This document shows positions 13,103-25,861 of a stretch of 64,000 nt of DNA, in pieces; the first letter of the stretch is position 1; each line of letters starts with the position of its first letter. The position numbers and the translations under genes are program-made. This DNA comes from Octopus sinensis (Eukaryota). The notes beneath the pieces were generated by a model. That model saw only the letters and a list, made by a program, of their open reading frames with translations. It made no database searches and was not told the origin of the DNA. Where the stretch lies: NCBI RefSeq assembly GCF_006345805.1, contig NC_043001.1:41602001-41666000 (forward strand), given 5' to 3'.

Positions 13103-13227
13103 GATAGATTTAGAAGTATTACTTGTAAAATTTTGATACTTTATCCCAAAGGCAATTCATTTTCCATCTGATTAACAATATTTGCATTCCTCACCACAGG
13201 GGTCAAAAATATGTGACAAACTAAATA

Positions 13228-13520
13228 TTTTCTTTATTAGCCACACAGGGCTGGACACAGACGGGACAAATTACAAAGTAGAGCTTTTCTTTTTGGGGAG
13301 AAAAAAAAAGTGGGGTAGGTTTTCGATCAAAGGGATCGTAGAAAAGAAAAAAAAAAGAAAAGAAAAAAAGGAAAAGAAAAAAGAAAAGAAAAAGACGATC
13401 AATAGGGACCGTGTATCACAGAAATGTCATGATGTAAAGTGTAAAGGGGGAAGCAGATAAGGTTTATCCATGGAAAGAAAAGCCTACGGAAAATACCACG
13501 GTAAACTCGGTCATTAATGT
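13228..13520 (-). mobile_element. Probable LINE 3' UTR fragment (L1/Tx1-like)
   Basis: CpG-retaining segment with a T-rich stretch on the minus strand, ending GGCTAATAAAGAAAATA (polyA-signal-like). No coding part is present. Confidence 0.33.
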
Positions 13521-14589
13521 CACATGTTAACACATTTATTTGCAAGTAAGTAACTCTCTGTTTTAAATTTTTCTGGGTTCATAGGATTATGCTCAGGGTG
13601 GCTTCTTCATTCATACATGCCATCCTTGCTACATATGACAAACTAAATAGTACAGTTCACAGCAAAATTGTATTATCACATGTTAGATATGAAAGACCTG
13701 TAGGTTGTTCTTGTATATTCCATTGGCTATTCTCATGCTATAAATCTGTTCATGAAAAGCTGACCAAAATTACTCAACAACAACGATAAACTAATTTTCT
13801 ACTTTGAAAAGAAGATCCCATTCCATATGCCTTTTAACTGGTACTGTTAAATAGTACTTATCAGATGCCAAAAGCTATGATAATGTAAAGTATTACATCA
13901 GCTTGAGAATGTAAATATTTAAGATGGTAAACAAACTGAGTAACCTGGAATAATTTACTGATTATCCATTAGTAATTGGACAGGAACACATGTAAAACTG
14001 TCAGGTAATGGAGATAAATAACCAAAATGAATTGAACCAGGGTCATTTTTCAAGCTTGTTTATCAATTATTCATTTTACAGTTGGAAAATCACGAAAGGT
14101 CACAATAGAAGTGACATGTAAAAATGTTTCAAATTTAGCATTATATTTCCTGGGGAAAATAAAAGATAGATCAATAAGAATTAATACTTAAATATTCCAA
14201 CTTTCTTACAGTTGCTATGGTAACGCACCATCTTCAACCTAAAATGATTGTAGACAATAGAATACTTCAATTCAGAAACAGAGTTGAGAATTTTCTCTTC
14301 AGTGATAAATAAAGAATTGATTCAAACCTATATCAGCAGACATCTTCTGAAGGATGTTATAACAAGTACTAAACTGTTGGTTATCATTGTTTTTGTTGCT
14401 ATTGTTGCTTTTGCAGTTGTTGCTGTTGTTATGTTGTTGTTCTTACAGTTATTCTATCCCATTCTTATTTTTGAAGACATCTGTTTTGTCCCTTTATTTG
14501 TAAATGATCAATTTATTGCATTGCTGTCTTTGAATTGCATTCTTTAGAATTCTAAATATTAATTCAAATCTTTTTCTCTCTTGATCTTT

Positions 14590-14590
14590 C

Positions 14591-14621
<31 letters not shown>

Positions 14622-14753
14622 CATACATACATACATACATACATACATACACACATACATACATACACACACACTCACATACATACATACCTACATACAT
14701 ATACACACACACACATACATATATACGTACATATGTATGTATATATGTATGTA

Positions 14754-14803
<50 letters not shown>

Positions 14804-14935
14804 TATGTATATGTGTGTGTATAAATACGTACACATGCACACACATACATACATGTATATGTGAATATATGTGTGTGTATATATATATATATATAGTATA
14901 CGTGTGTGTGTGTGTGTATGTATATATATATATAT
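14590..14935. repeat. (CATA)n/(CA)n/(TA)n/(TG)n compound microsatellite
   Basis: Direct reading. Confidence 0.95.
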
Positions 14936-15254
14936 ATAATATTAATTAGAGACAAAACCACTATTTGCAAAACAAACAAGGAAAGACTTAATCAATACAT
15001 AAAATTTTAATAAAAAGTAAAAAAACCGCCACTACAATTGTTTCATGTCCAGATCGACAATCTTCAATTTTCAAGTCAGTTTCATAATTTGAAACTGACT
15101 TGAAAATTGGAAATCCACCTGAAGATTGTCGATCAGGACATGAAACAATTGTAGTGGCGGTTTTTTTACTTTTTATTAAAATTTTATGTATTGATTAAGT
15201 CTTTCCTTGTTTGTTTTGCAAAATAGTGGTTTTGTCTCTAATTAATATTATATA
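14933..15254. repeat. 322-bp near-perfect hairpin (head-to-head Penelope-like terminal repeat)
   Basis: 14933-15084 pairs with 15090-15254. There is a 5-nt loop TAATT (15085-89), a 12-nt bulge (15110-15121), one mismatch and one 1-nt indel. Confidence 0.96.
15115..15157 (+). ncRNA. Type I hammerhead ribozyme motif (Penelope-like, minimal/dimeric type)
   Basis: CCAC-CUGAAGA-U-UGUC-GAUCAG-GACA-U-GAAAC-AAUU-GUA-GUGG. Stem I is CCAC/GUGG, the core is CUGANGA plus GAAA, stem II has 4 bp under a U-U pair, stem III is the palindrome ACAAUUGU, and the cleavage triplet is GUA. Confidence 0.75.
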
Positions 15255-15379
15255 ATATTTTACTATAAAATTGGATTTAATCCTAAATCTGATTTTTTTC
15301 CCTGTAAATTTGGATTTATTCCCTAATATTTATTATATATATATATATATATATAGTATACATGTGTGTGTGTGTGTGC

Positions 15380-15620
15380 AAGTATATGCTCCACCCACCC
15401 ACACCCAACCTCCCTGTCCCTCCAAATCCCCGTCACACATCCCCCACCCCATCCCTCCCAGTCTTCCACCAGCCCTACCACCCTTCCTACCAAGACTGTA
15501 GAAGAGCGTAGGCTCGAAACGTAAAAGACTTTTTCTATTCCTGAGCGTTATACTAATGCATCTGTTTGTGTTGTACACCACCTGTCTTCGTCTTTTGTTT
15601 TTTTCGTAAACTCTCCCTAT
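15380..15620 (+). mobile_element. Penelope-like terminal fragment with degenerate hammerhead
   Basis: A C-rich tract is followed by (CTGT)AGAAGAGCGTAGGCTCGAAACGTAAAAGAC. GAAAC-GUA is retained but the CUGA core is broken. Confidence 0.5.
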
Positions 15621-15655
15621 ATGTCGATGTGTATATGTATGTATGTATGTATATA

Positions 15656-16843
15656 CACAGACACGACTGAAATAAATAGACACCCCATAAAACTTCATTT
15701 TGTGTTTATTCTTACTTGTAATGCCTTACATCTTTTTTTAATTGACGTTTTTATGTTTCAGGTTCTATATGTGACTGTTTAATCATGCCATGTACAAAAA
15801 AAGCCTTGGAATGCACAAAATTGCAGAAAATCATGGGACCCCACTTTCTACAGTTAATAGAGTGATAGGGGAAAGAGTCTACATTACCTCACCCAGGTTG
15901 ATCAGGGCTCTCTGACAGTACCCTTCTCTTTGTTAAGAGAAGTATGGGGGATAATCCTCATTGCAAGACCTCTAACAAAGCAGAACACATTGATGTCAGT
16001 CCCAAAACAGCTGTCAGTTATCTCCACAGACTTGGTTACTACGGCAGAGCAGCAAGAAGGAAGCTGCTTCTTTGACAAGCCAATATCTAGCAGAGAAAAA
16101 ATTTAAAAATTGAGCCAGTGAGATAGTGGAGAGGCCACTAGCACTTTGGGACACTGTCATATTCTCCAGGGAGTTTAGATTTGCTGTATTTCCTGATAGT
16201 GGTCAAGTGTGGGTCTGGAGACTCTGTGATCAAGAATTTGAAATGAAAAGATTGCAGCCAACAATGAAACATGGCAGCTATTCTGTGATGGTATGGGGAG
16301 CAATTTGGAGCAATGGTCAATCAGAGCTAGTGGAGTGAGAGGGGAACATAAACTCAGATAAATATTTGTCCACATTGCAGAAAGTATTCCTTCCAATCTT
16401 TTCCAGTGGTGAAATGATTAAAGAAGACTATTTATGGAAGGTGAGGCTCCTTGTCACATAGCTAAAATGACCCAAGATTTGTTGAATGAGAATGGCATTA
16501 AAAAGCTTCCATAGCCAAGCCAGTCATCAGATATGAACCCTATTGAACACCTCTGGGGCATAATGGACAGGATACTTCATAAAAAGAACAAGGAAGCATC
16601 TTCAAAATCAGATCTTTTGATATTACAGCATGAAACTTAGCAAGAAATTCCTCAAGAGAATATTTGCCATCTGATCATTAAGATGCCTAATAGGGTCCTT
16701 GCATTGAAAAATGCAAGGGGCATGTCTACTAAATATTAAATATTCACATTATAACAATTAATAAATAATTTGGACATGTAATTTCAGATTTAAATAAAAA
16801 TTAACGATTATAAGGTTGTCTATTTACCATTGTCATGCCTGTG
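15656..16843 (+). mobile_element. Tc1-like DNA transposon family B, full length, decayed
   Basis: TA-flanked imperfect TIRs CACAGACACGAC..TAAATAGACA / TGTCTATTTA..GTCATGCCTGTG. Motifs include [23 protein letters not shown] and DMNPIEHLWG. Confidence 0.9.
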
Positions 16844-16861
16844 TACATATTCATGTGTGTG

Positions 16862-16931
<70 letters not shown>

Positions 16932-17486
16932 TATATATATTTATATAGAGAGAGCAATAAGAAAATGAAAGGGATCAATAGGTGGTTCATCAACTTTTAG
17001 ATATATTATGTCAACTTATTTATTTATTTACTAAAATGACAATTACAAGAATATACATACATGTATAACATACTATGCTTTACACATAAAATATATTAAT
17101 ATATAAAGATACCAGTAATTATTAAAATATAGCATGCAGGAATATAAATTACAGCTGTTTCAGCCAGGAGGCAAAAATACCTCATTCTACCTTTATTCCT
17201 CCAGTAGACTGAATTAATAAGTAGATGAAATTGAGGTACTTGGGTGTTTCTCTAGGCTTTGTCAGAGATTTTATAAAGTACATAAGGTTAAGTTATAAAT
17301 AAATATAAATATAAAATAAATTTAAAAAATACACACACATTTAAATACTTATACATAAACATATACATATGCATACATATATAAATAAACATAAATACTT
17401 ATATATACACTTAAATGTACATACATATTTACATTTATAAGCATACATAATACTCAATTACTATTAATAATATTAGATGCATTATA

Positions 17487-17797
<311 letters not shown>

Positions 17798-18171
17798 ATA
17801 TTTCGGAATGGTCATTTTGCCAGTTTAGCCAACAAATATTTAAACATATATATATATATATGTATACATACATATACACATATATATACACACACACATG
17901 AACTCCTTCTTTCTCCATACGCAAAGATAAACAACTTAAGTACAAAACAGCTGAAATATAAGATAGTTATAAGATATCTTTATATAATTACAAAAACAGA
18001 ATGAATTTCTTGAAAATGAAATCCGATACACGTTGATATACATGTATCACGGAATATATCGATATAAACTATATCAAAATCAGAACCAGCCATCACTCAA
18101 TACATAGCCATTAAAATAATGCCAGCAGACTTTGCTATATAAAAATGTGTGTGTGTGTTTACATACACCCA

Positions 18172-18213
18172 TACATGTGTATGTATGTATGTATGTATGT
18201 ATGTATGTATGAT

Positions 18214-18282
<69 letters not shown>

Positions 18283-18311
18283 GGATGGATGAATGGATGG
18301 ATGGATGGGTG

Positions 18312-18388
<77 letters not shown>

Positions 18389-18390
18389 GT
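18172..18390. repeat. (TATG)n-(GATA)n-(GATG)n-(GATA)n compound tetranucleotide repeat
   Basis: Direct reading. Confidence 0.97.
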
Positions 18391-18394
18391 GGAT

Positions 18395-18620
18395 ATGGAT
18401 ATCTTTTTATCTTTTTACTCATTTCAGTAATTAAACTGTGACCATGCTGAGGCACTGCCTTGAAGAGTTTAATCAAACAAATTGACCCCCAGAACTTATT
18501 TTTAAGCCTGTTACTTATTCTATCAGCCTCTTTTGCTGAACTGCTAATTTACTGGGACTTAAACAAACCAACACTGGTTATCAAGCAGTGGTGTTGGACA
18601 AACAAGCACAAAGACATATA
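18395..18620 (-). mobile_element. SINE family 2 tail fragment, decayed
   Basis: Homologous to 9084-9290. Confidence 0.75.
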
Positions 18621-18814
18621 CAGAGGTATACATACACATAAACACACACACATAGACACAAACACACACACACACACATACACACACACATGCACACACT
18701 CACACACACAAACACATACACACATACTCATATATATATATATGTATATACAATGAGCTCCTTTCAGATGCCAACTACCAAATTCAGACAAAATGCTTTG
18801 CAGTATTTCATCCA

Positions 18815-19135
18815 TCTTAAAGTTCTGAGTTTCAAATATTACTGAGGTCAACTTTGCCTTTCATCCTCTCAGGGTTGTTGAAATAAGTACCACTTGATTA
18901 TTGCAGTCAATGTAATTAACTAGACCCCACACCAAAATTTCAGGTCTTGTACCAATAGTAAAAAGGATTATTAACATTATGATTATTAAGCTGAGTTCAA
19001 ATTCCACTGTGATCCACTTTGCCTTTCATTCTTTCAGATTCAATAAAATAAGTACCAGTTAAGTACAAGGGTTGATGTATCTAACTTACCTTGAATTACT
19101 GGAATAGTGCCTATAGTAGAAAGGATTATTATTAT
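18815..19135 (+). mobile_element. Two tandem SINE family 3 3' halves
   Basis: GAGTT(T)CAAAT..ACTTTGCCTTTCAT..AATAAGTACCA occurs twice, each ending TAGTA(A/G)AAAGGATTATT. Confidence 0.8.
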
Positions 19136-19139
19136 TATT

Positions 19140-19686
19140 GAGTGAGAGAGTAGTGCATGCCATCAAAGTGACACTGGGGGAAAATATACGAAGCCCAGTA
19201 TATTCATCATGACTATCCATCTGATAAGGGTACACCAGGCACATGCATCACAACCATATGTGCGTGACATGGTGATCTCATATCAAGATAAACAGCACAT
19301 GACCTTGCAGGTGGGGCCCAGTTAGAATTTTCTTCTGGTCGAGTAATCCATGCCGCTTAAAAGGTCCCTGAATAAGGATTGTTTAAGGATGTTGAACAAA
19401 ACACCCATGTTTCCAGAGGTGAATTATTCAAACCCCAAAGAATCCCTCTCAACACATGGCTATGATGTTCCCCCACTACTTCTGCTCGTGATCAGAGATG
19501 CACATATCGTCAGCCACTAAGGGACATGGTCAACTGGTTATGGTCAAACAACTGACAAGCAAATCTGTGGTATTGAGCAGAATATTTGCTGTAGCCCATC
19601 TTTTATACCAAGACAAAACAATGTACATGATAATACTTCAAATCAGTTGAGATCAGAAGCCACGAAAGTCACTGCCTGGTACTACA
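19140..19686. mobile_element. 547-bp repeat unit, copy 1 (probable non-autonomous retroposon in (ATT)n)
   Basis: Starts GAGTGAGAGAG and ends CCTGGTACTACA, flanked by (ATT)n. Roughly 90% identical by eye to 19746-20292. Confidence 0.85.
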
Positions 19687-19745
19687 TCATCATCATCATT
19701 ATAATTATTATTATTATTGTTATTATTATTATTATTATTATTATT

Positions 19746-20292
19746 GAGTGAGAGAGCAGTTCATGCCATCAAAGTGACACTGGGGTAAAATATACGAAGC
19801 CCAATATACCCATCATGACTACCCGTCTGATAAAGGTATACCAGGCACATGCATCACAACCATATGTGTGCGACATGGTGATCTCATATCAAGATAAACA
19901 GCACATGATCTTGCAGGTGGGGCCCAGTTAGAATTTTCTTCAGGTTGAGTAGCCCATCCCGCTCAAACGGTCCCTGAATAAGGGTTGTTTAAGGATGTTG
20001 AAAGAACCACCCATGTTTCCAGAGGTGAACTATTCAAACCCAAAAGAATCCCTCTCAACACATGGCTATGATGCTCCCCCACTACTTCTGCTCGTGATCA
20101 GAGATGCACATATCGTCAGCCACTAAGGGACATGCTCAACTGGTTAAGGTCAAACAACTGACAAGCAAATCTGTGGTATTGAGCAGAATATTTGCTGTAG
20201 CCCATCTTTTATACCAAGACAAAACAATGTACATGATAACACTTCCAATCAGTTAAGATCAGAAGCCATGAGAGCCGCTGCCTGGTACTGCA
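19746..20292. mobile_element. 547-bp repeat unit, copy 2
   Basis: Same ends and length as copy 1, period 606 bp, flanked by (ATT)n. Confidence 0.85.
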
Positions 20293-20344
20293 TATTATTA
20301 TTATTATTATTATTATTGTTATTATTATTATTATTATTATTATT

Positions 20345-20557
20345 AAGGTGGTAAACTGGCGAAATTGTTAGCAGGCCAGTTGAAATGTTTAACAGCATTT
20401 CATTCATCTTTATAGTCTGAGTTCAAATAGTAGCAAAGTCAACTTTGTCTTTCATCCTTTCATAGTCAATAAAATAGTGCCAGTTGAACATTGGAATCCA
20501 TGTAATTGAGTTACCCATTCCCTTAAAATTGGTGGCCTTGTGCCAAAATTTGAAACT
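20345..20557 (+). mobile_element. SINE family 3, decayed
   Basis: AAGGTGGTAAACTGGCGAAATTGTTAGCA..CTGAGTTCAAAT..GGCCTTGTGCCAAAATTTGAAAC. Confidence 0.8.
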
Positions 20558-20664
20558 ATTATTACTACTATTATTTATCATGATGAATAATATTGACGAC
20601 GATGATTGATATACATGTGTGTGTAGATGTGTAAGTGTTTGTGTGTGAGTGTGTGTGTATGTAT

Positions 20665-20850
20665 TTACTGTGTTTCTCATATGTACAAGAATTGAGATGT
20701 GTGGCATATCTCTGCTTAAAATTTATAGATGACCCTATATATATGGTTGTAGAGTTGTGTAGCATGCTGAGAATGGTGCATTTGTAAATTATGTTAGACC
20801 TTCTGCAATAGGTTTGTAGAGGGCAAATGGTCCCAGGGTGGCATGACATA
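20665..20850 (-). pseudogene. GIY-YIG endonuclease fragment of a Penelope-like element
   Basis: ORF-track peptide ICPLQTYC..NIIYKCTI..IYIGSSINFKQRYATH shows the IIY / YIG / F..R...H pattern with an upstream Cys motif. Confidence 0.75.
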
Positions 20851-20976
20851 GTGGGGATTTTTCTCAGGAATGGAGGAAGTAATACTGTCTGTGGAGAGGT
20901 TAATCTATGTTATTAACATTATTATTACTATTATCATTATCATTTCTATCGTTGTTATTATTTATCTTACCTATTG

Positions 20977-21790
20977 ATATGACTGGTATGTCCTGGAGCT
21001 CCTGCCAATGAATTTTAAATGAGGAACTGCAGATGAAAAGAGTTGCAGCAAAATTTGTGCCTTGCTTGCTCACGGAAGATCAAAAACAATCATGACTGAA
21101 TATGTGTCCTGAACTGAAAGAACAGTTGGAAGTTGGTTTGGACTATTTTCAAAGGTCATCACTGGAGATGAAAGTTGCTGCTATGGCTACAACACAGAAA
21201 TGAAGCAGCAATCAAGTCTGTGGAAGCATTCAATGTCACCATGCCCCAAAAAAGCACATCAACTGAAGCCCAATGTCAAGACAACGATGCAAAAGGTATT
21301 GTCTGCACAGAATTAGTTCTTCCTGGTCAACCTGTTAACAAGACATTTTACTTGGCATCTCTGAAGTGTTTGCGAGATGTGATGAGATGAAAACATCCCG
21401 ACCTGTGGCGAATGGTGGTTTCATCATGACAATGTACCTGTGCACACCGCCTTGAGTGTGAGACAGTTCTTGACCAAAAATGGCATTACTCTGCTTACCT
21501 ACCCTCCCCTTTCACCTGATATTGCTCCCTATGACTTTTTTTTTGCTCCCCCCACCCCCGAACGAAAAAGTCTTTAAAGAAAAACGTTTTGCAGATGTAG
21601 AAGAGGTGAAGAATAAAACGATGGAGGCATTAAAGGGCATCACTTTGCAAGAGTTACAGGACTGCTTCAAACAGTGGAAAATGTGTCTGGACTGATGCAT
21701 TGCTTCAAATGGAGAATACTTTGAAGGCAATAAAAGTGTAAACATGTAAAGCTTAGTGAATAAAATAATGTTGCAAAACCCTGATTTATA
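20977..21790 (+). mobile_element. mariner-like transposon, 5'-truncated, decayed
   Basis: KRVAAKFVP..LT, KVITGDES, HHDNVPVHTA, PXSPDIAPYDFFL and CIASNGEYFEG*. Confidence 0.85.
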
Positions 21791-22670
21791 TATAGACAAA
21801 ATTCAGTTATGGATTCTGGAGGCATTAACCTTCTTGTTCTTATTTACATAAACAATGTAAAGTTTATAGACATGAACTCACACATGCATGCATATACATA
21901 CAAATCTATATATTCATTTTCCTATAACCTTATGTTATGTATAAGTGCTTACATCTTTTGTGTGTGGTTGTGGGCGTGTGTATGCTGTGTGTATGAGTAT
22001 ATATGGACACTGTTAAGTAGGTCATCAATAGAAAGGGCATCTAAATGTTAAAAGATTTATTTCAGGGAAAATGAAAATGTTAAAATTTCAAAGTCATCCT
22101 GTTTATAATAGAAAATTAGTTACACAAATTATTTAAAAACAATGTTTTTGAAAAATATACATAAAAAACAAAAGAAAAACATTGTAAAATATAAGCTCTT
22201 CATATAACTCTTAAAAACATACATCAGTATTACATATACATCTTAAACATACATCAGTATTAAATTGTATATTCTATGTCACTCCCTTGAAATTCAACAT
22301 ATAGCAGATGCAACTTCAGATATTGTTTTAGAATATCATTGATTCTATAATATTGGCTTCTAACCTTTTGCTACCATTCTACTGAACGTGTATATTATTG
22401 GTATTTTACTTATTGTCCACTAGTGGAAGAAAATGCAGAGTAAACCTAAGTGAGATTTGAACTAAAAATCTACAAGAGATGTCACTAAATACTTTCACAT
22501 AACCACACATTAATACCAACACCCTCTACAGGCCAACATCACTATACTTACACACTCACAGATACACACACATTAATGACACACTAAATAGTGGTGATTA
22601 AAATATATTAAAAGGCATACTACATATGTAATTAAAGATTTACTAAGCACTTATATTTAAAATAATGCTA

Positions 22671-23948
22671 TTAGGTTATCAAGAAAGTTCTTGTGGAATT
22701 TTTAATTTTGGTTTTAAATTATGTATTTTAAAATTAATTTTCTTTAAATTACTTTGACTTTATATATCATTTTGAAGCTCACTTTTCACTCTATCTAATC
22801 ATGTTACTCTTTTTGAATAATTAGGCTGTTTTTCCGGAATGTTGAATACAACATGGACAAAAGGCAAATTCACACAATTTTCTTTTTCCAGTTCAAGCTA
22901 GGCCAAAAGTTGCTGAAACAGCTCATGATATCAACGATGCACTTGGCCCAGGAACCACTAATGAATGTACAGCACAATGGTGGTTCAAGAAATTTTGTAG
23001 CAGTGATGAGAGTCTTGAAGATGATAAGCGTAGTGGTCAGCCATCAGATGTTGACAACGATCAACTAAGAGCCTTGGTCAAAGCCAATCCACACACAACT
23101 GTTTGAGAGCTTGCTTCTGAATTAGACATAACGTATACTACAATTTCCAACCACTTGAAAGAGATTGGAAAAACAAAAATACTTGACAAATGGGTGCCGC
23201 ATGAATTGAATGACACCCAAAAAAAACATCATTTTGAAGTGTCATCTTCCCTTCTTTTATGCAACAAGAGTGACCCATTTCTTGACCAGATTGTGACTTG
23301 CGATGAAAAATGGATCCTTTACAACAACTGGCGACGCTCAGCTCAGTGGTTGGATGCCGACGAAGCTCCACGGCACTTCCTGAAGCCAAAGTTGCATCAA
23401 AAGAAGGTCATGGTGACTGTTTGGTGGTCTGCACCCAATCTTATCCATCACAGCTTTTTGGATCCAGGCGAAACCATTACGGCAGAAAAGTACTGTCAGT
23501 AAATGGATGAAATGCATAAGAAACTCCAACAATAACAGCCAGCATTGGTCAATAGAAAAGGACCAATTCTTCTCCGTGACAATGCTCAGCTGCACGTCAC
23601 ACAACTAACCCTGCAGAAGTTGATTGAATTGGGCTACGAAACTCTGCCTCATCCACCATACTCACCAGAACTCTCGTCTACCAACTACAACTTTTTCAAG
23701 CATCTTGGCAACTTCCTGCGGGAGAAATGTTTCAAAAACCAAGACAATGCTAAACATACCTTCAACAACTTCATTGCCACCAGAACGCAGGATTTGTATG
23801 CAACTGGCATAAATAAACTTGTTTCACGTTGGCAAAAGTGTATTGATTCTGATGGTGTTTATTTCGATTAATAAAGTTTTGTTTGAGCCGAGATATACGC
23901 ATCTGAATTTAAAGGTTAAAAACCGCAAGAACTTTCTTGACAACCTAA
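22671..23948 (+). mobile_element. Full-length mariner (cecropia subfamily, Hsmar1-like), transposase pseudogene
   Basis: TA-flanked TIRs TTAGGTTATCAAGAAAGTTCTTGTGG / CCGCAAGAACTTTCTTGACAACCTAA, 1278 bp. From ATG 22853: [35 protein letters not shown] and WQKCIDSDGVYFD*. One early frameshift and at least 3 stops. Confidence 0.96.
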
Positions 23949-25861
23949 TATTTACCTTTATATTTAACATGCATGACCATATACATTCAAACATGAAAAG
24001 ACCTTTGTTGCACTTACTGCCTTGGAGGAAAAATTCTCCTTATAAATAATATGTATGAAACCACATTGAACTGGGTTATGAAGGGTATCATCAGACTGTA
24101 AGACATGTTTCTGCAAAGTTACACTTCATCAGTCTTTCATGGCCTACTAAGAACTGTTATTTTAATATATAAACAACAAAAAATATATTTAATAGAGTAT
24201 GCTAACCTTTGTCAAAAAGGAATTCATTAATCTAGCTTTGGGCAGACATTTGGGTAGATAGTAACTGGTACATTCAGTATCCAAGTAATTGAGATTTGTG
24301 GAATTATGTTAAACAGCTGTTGCTGTATGTGGGATAGCATCACCATCAGCCATGTCCATAGTAAGGACTGTTCTATCATCTTTCTTTTGGCCAAAAAGGA
24401 CTGGCAATGTTCCTCTGTTTGGTAACTACAGTGAAAAATTGTATGATGGGCAAAATTACAAGGACTGAAGATTTGCTTTAGCAAATCCGTCCTAAACTTC
24501 TTTAAGTTATTCATGGAGAAGAGGGGATGGTTGAGAAGGAATTTATAGTGGAGAGGGAGGTGATAGTGGGGAGAGAGGTGATAGTGGGGAGAGAGGTGCT
24601 ATTTACCAATTAATTTTGTTATAGAGTAGATGAAAGTGGTCAGAATGGTTCACATAAATAAGTCAACTCTAAACATGTACCTGTTGACAAGAGGGCACAG
24701 CTAGGTGAAGGTATTTGCATTTAGTAGTCATGATAATCCTGGATCTATTGGGTTCCTTGATTGGCTGTATGTGGCTGTCCCTGGAACATCATATATATTT
24801 TTTGAATACTGTTTTTTTTTCTATGCTTGTTTTCTCTCAATCTATTCTGCATAAATCCTCATTATTTTTCATAATTTGTCATTCACCCTTGTGGAATATT
24901 AAAAAAATCATTATTATTAAAATGAATTATTAACAATATTATTGTTTAGTCTATAAATAATATCAAAATGAAATAATAATTATAGCATGCTATCAATATC
25001 ATATATTTTCCAGAACCTTCTTTCACCTCTATTGTTACTATGATAAAAGTTCCAAACAATCATAAACTACTGCAGCACATCCATTTATTTCTCCATACAT
25101 TACCATTAAGTTTCTTTCTTTTCTTCTTTCTTTCCCTTCTTTCTTTCTTTCTTTCTTCAAAAAGTACTCTCTCTCTCTCTCTCTCTCTCATGCTAACAGT
25201 TTTTTTCTTTCTATTAGTCCCTCTCATCCTTCTCTCATGGTAGTTGTCTCTTGGTGTCTAACAAGCATACATGTATTTTTGATATAGCTATGCATTTTTA
25301 TGTGTGTGTGTGTGTCCATGAGTGTGAATGTGGGCGTGTGTGCATGTGTGTGTGTTTGTGTGTATGCGTGCGTGCGTGCGTGTGTGTGTTTTGCAAGAAC
25401 TTTAAATGACATAAAGAGCCTGTTCTAGGAGTGTAAATCTGTCTGTAAATTGTGTATACAGAAAGCAATAGGTATCAGTTCTATGGAACATTGTTTTTAA
25501 AACATCTCAAACTACTGGTTCCACTTTTCTCAAATGACTAAATCTCACAGAACTCATTTAGTATCGTCTACTGTATATTATTATATAGCTTAATCAATGC
25601 TGTGTATTGATTAGCAGGGTCACTGATATGCTATGGAGTGTCAGAAATTGTAACACACAATCTAAATATCTTACACTATTCAGATTTGTTTTTCTATTGC
25701 TCTGAGTTCAAACACTAGTGAAGTTGATTTGACATTTCATTCCTCCTGGGGCAGTAATACCAACTCAGATGACTATGTTCCTGCTGTTCAAATTTATAAA
25801 TTCCCACCTACATAACTATTACATTATAGAAGGTACAATCTAATATTTTATTATATTGTGG

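Noticed and set aside
13589-13789. 66-aa plus ORF after an AG
   Set aside because: No recognisable protein and no strong donor.
19140-20292. CRISPR-like or satellite array
   Set aside because: Only two long units with no repeat-spacer structure, in eukaryotic context. No CRISPR array was seen in the window.
24227-24514. 95-aa minus ORF in unique-looking DNA
   Set aside because: No recognisable domain and no matching donor. Possibly an old TE relic.
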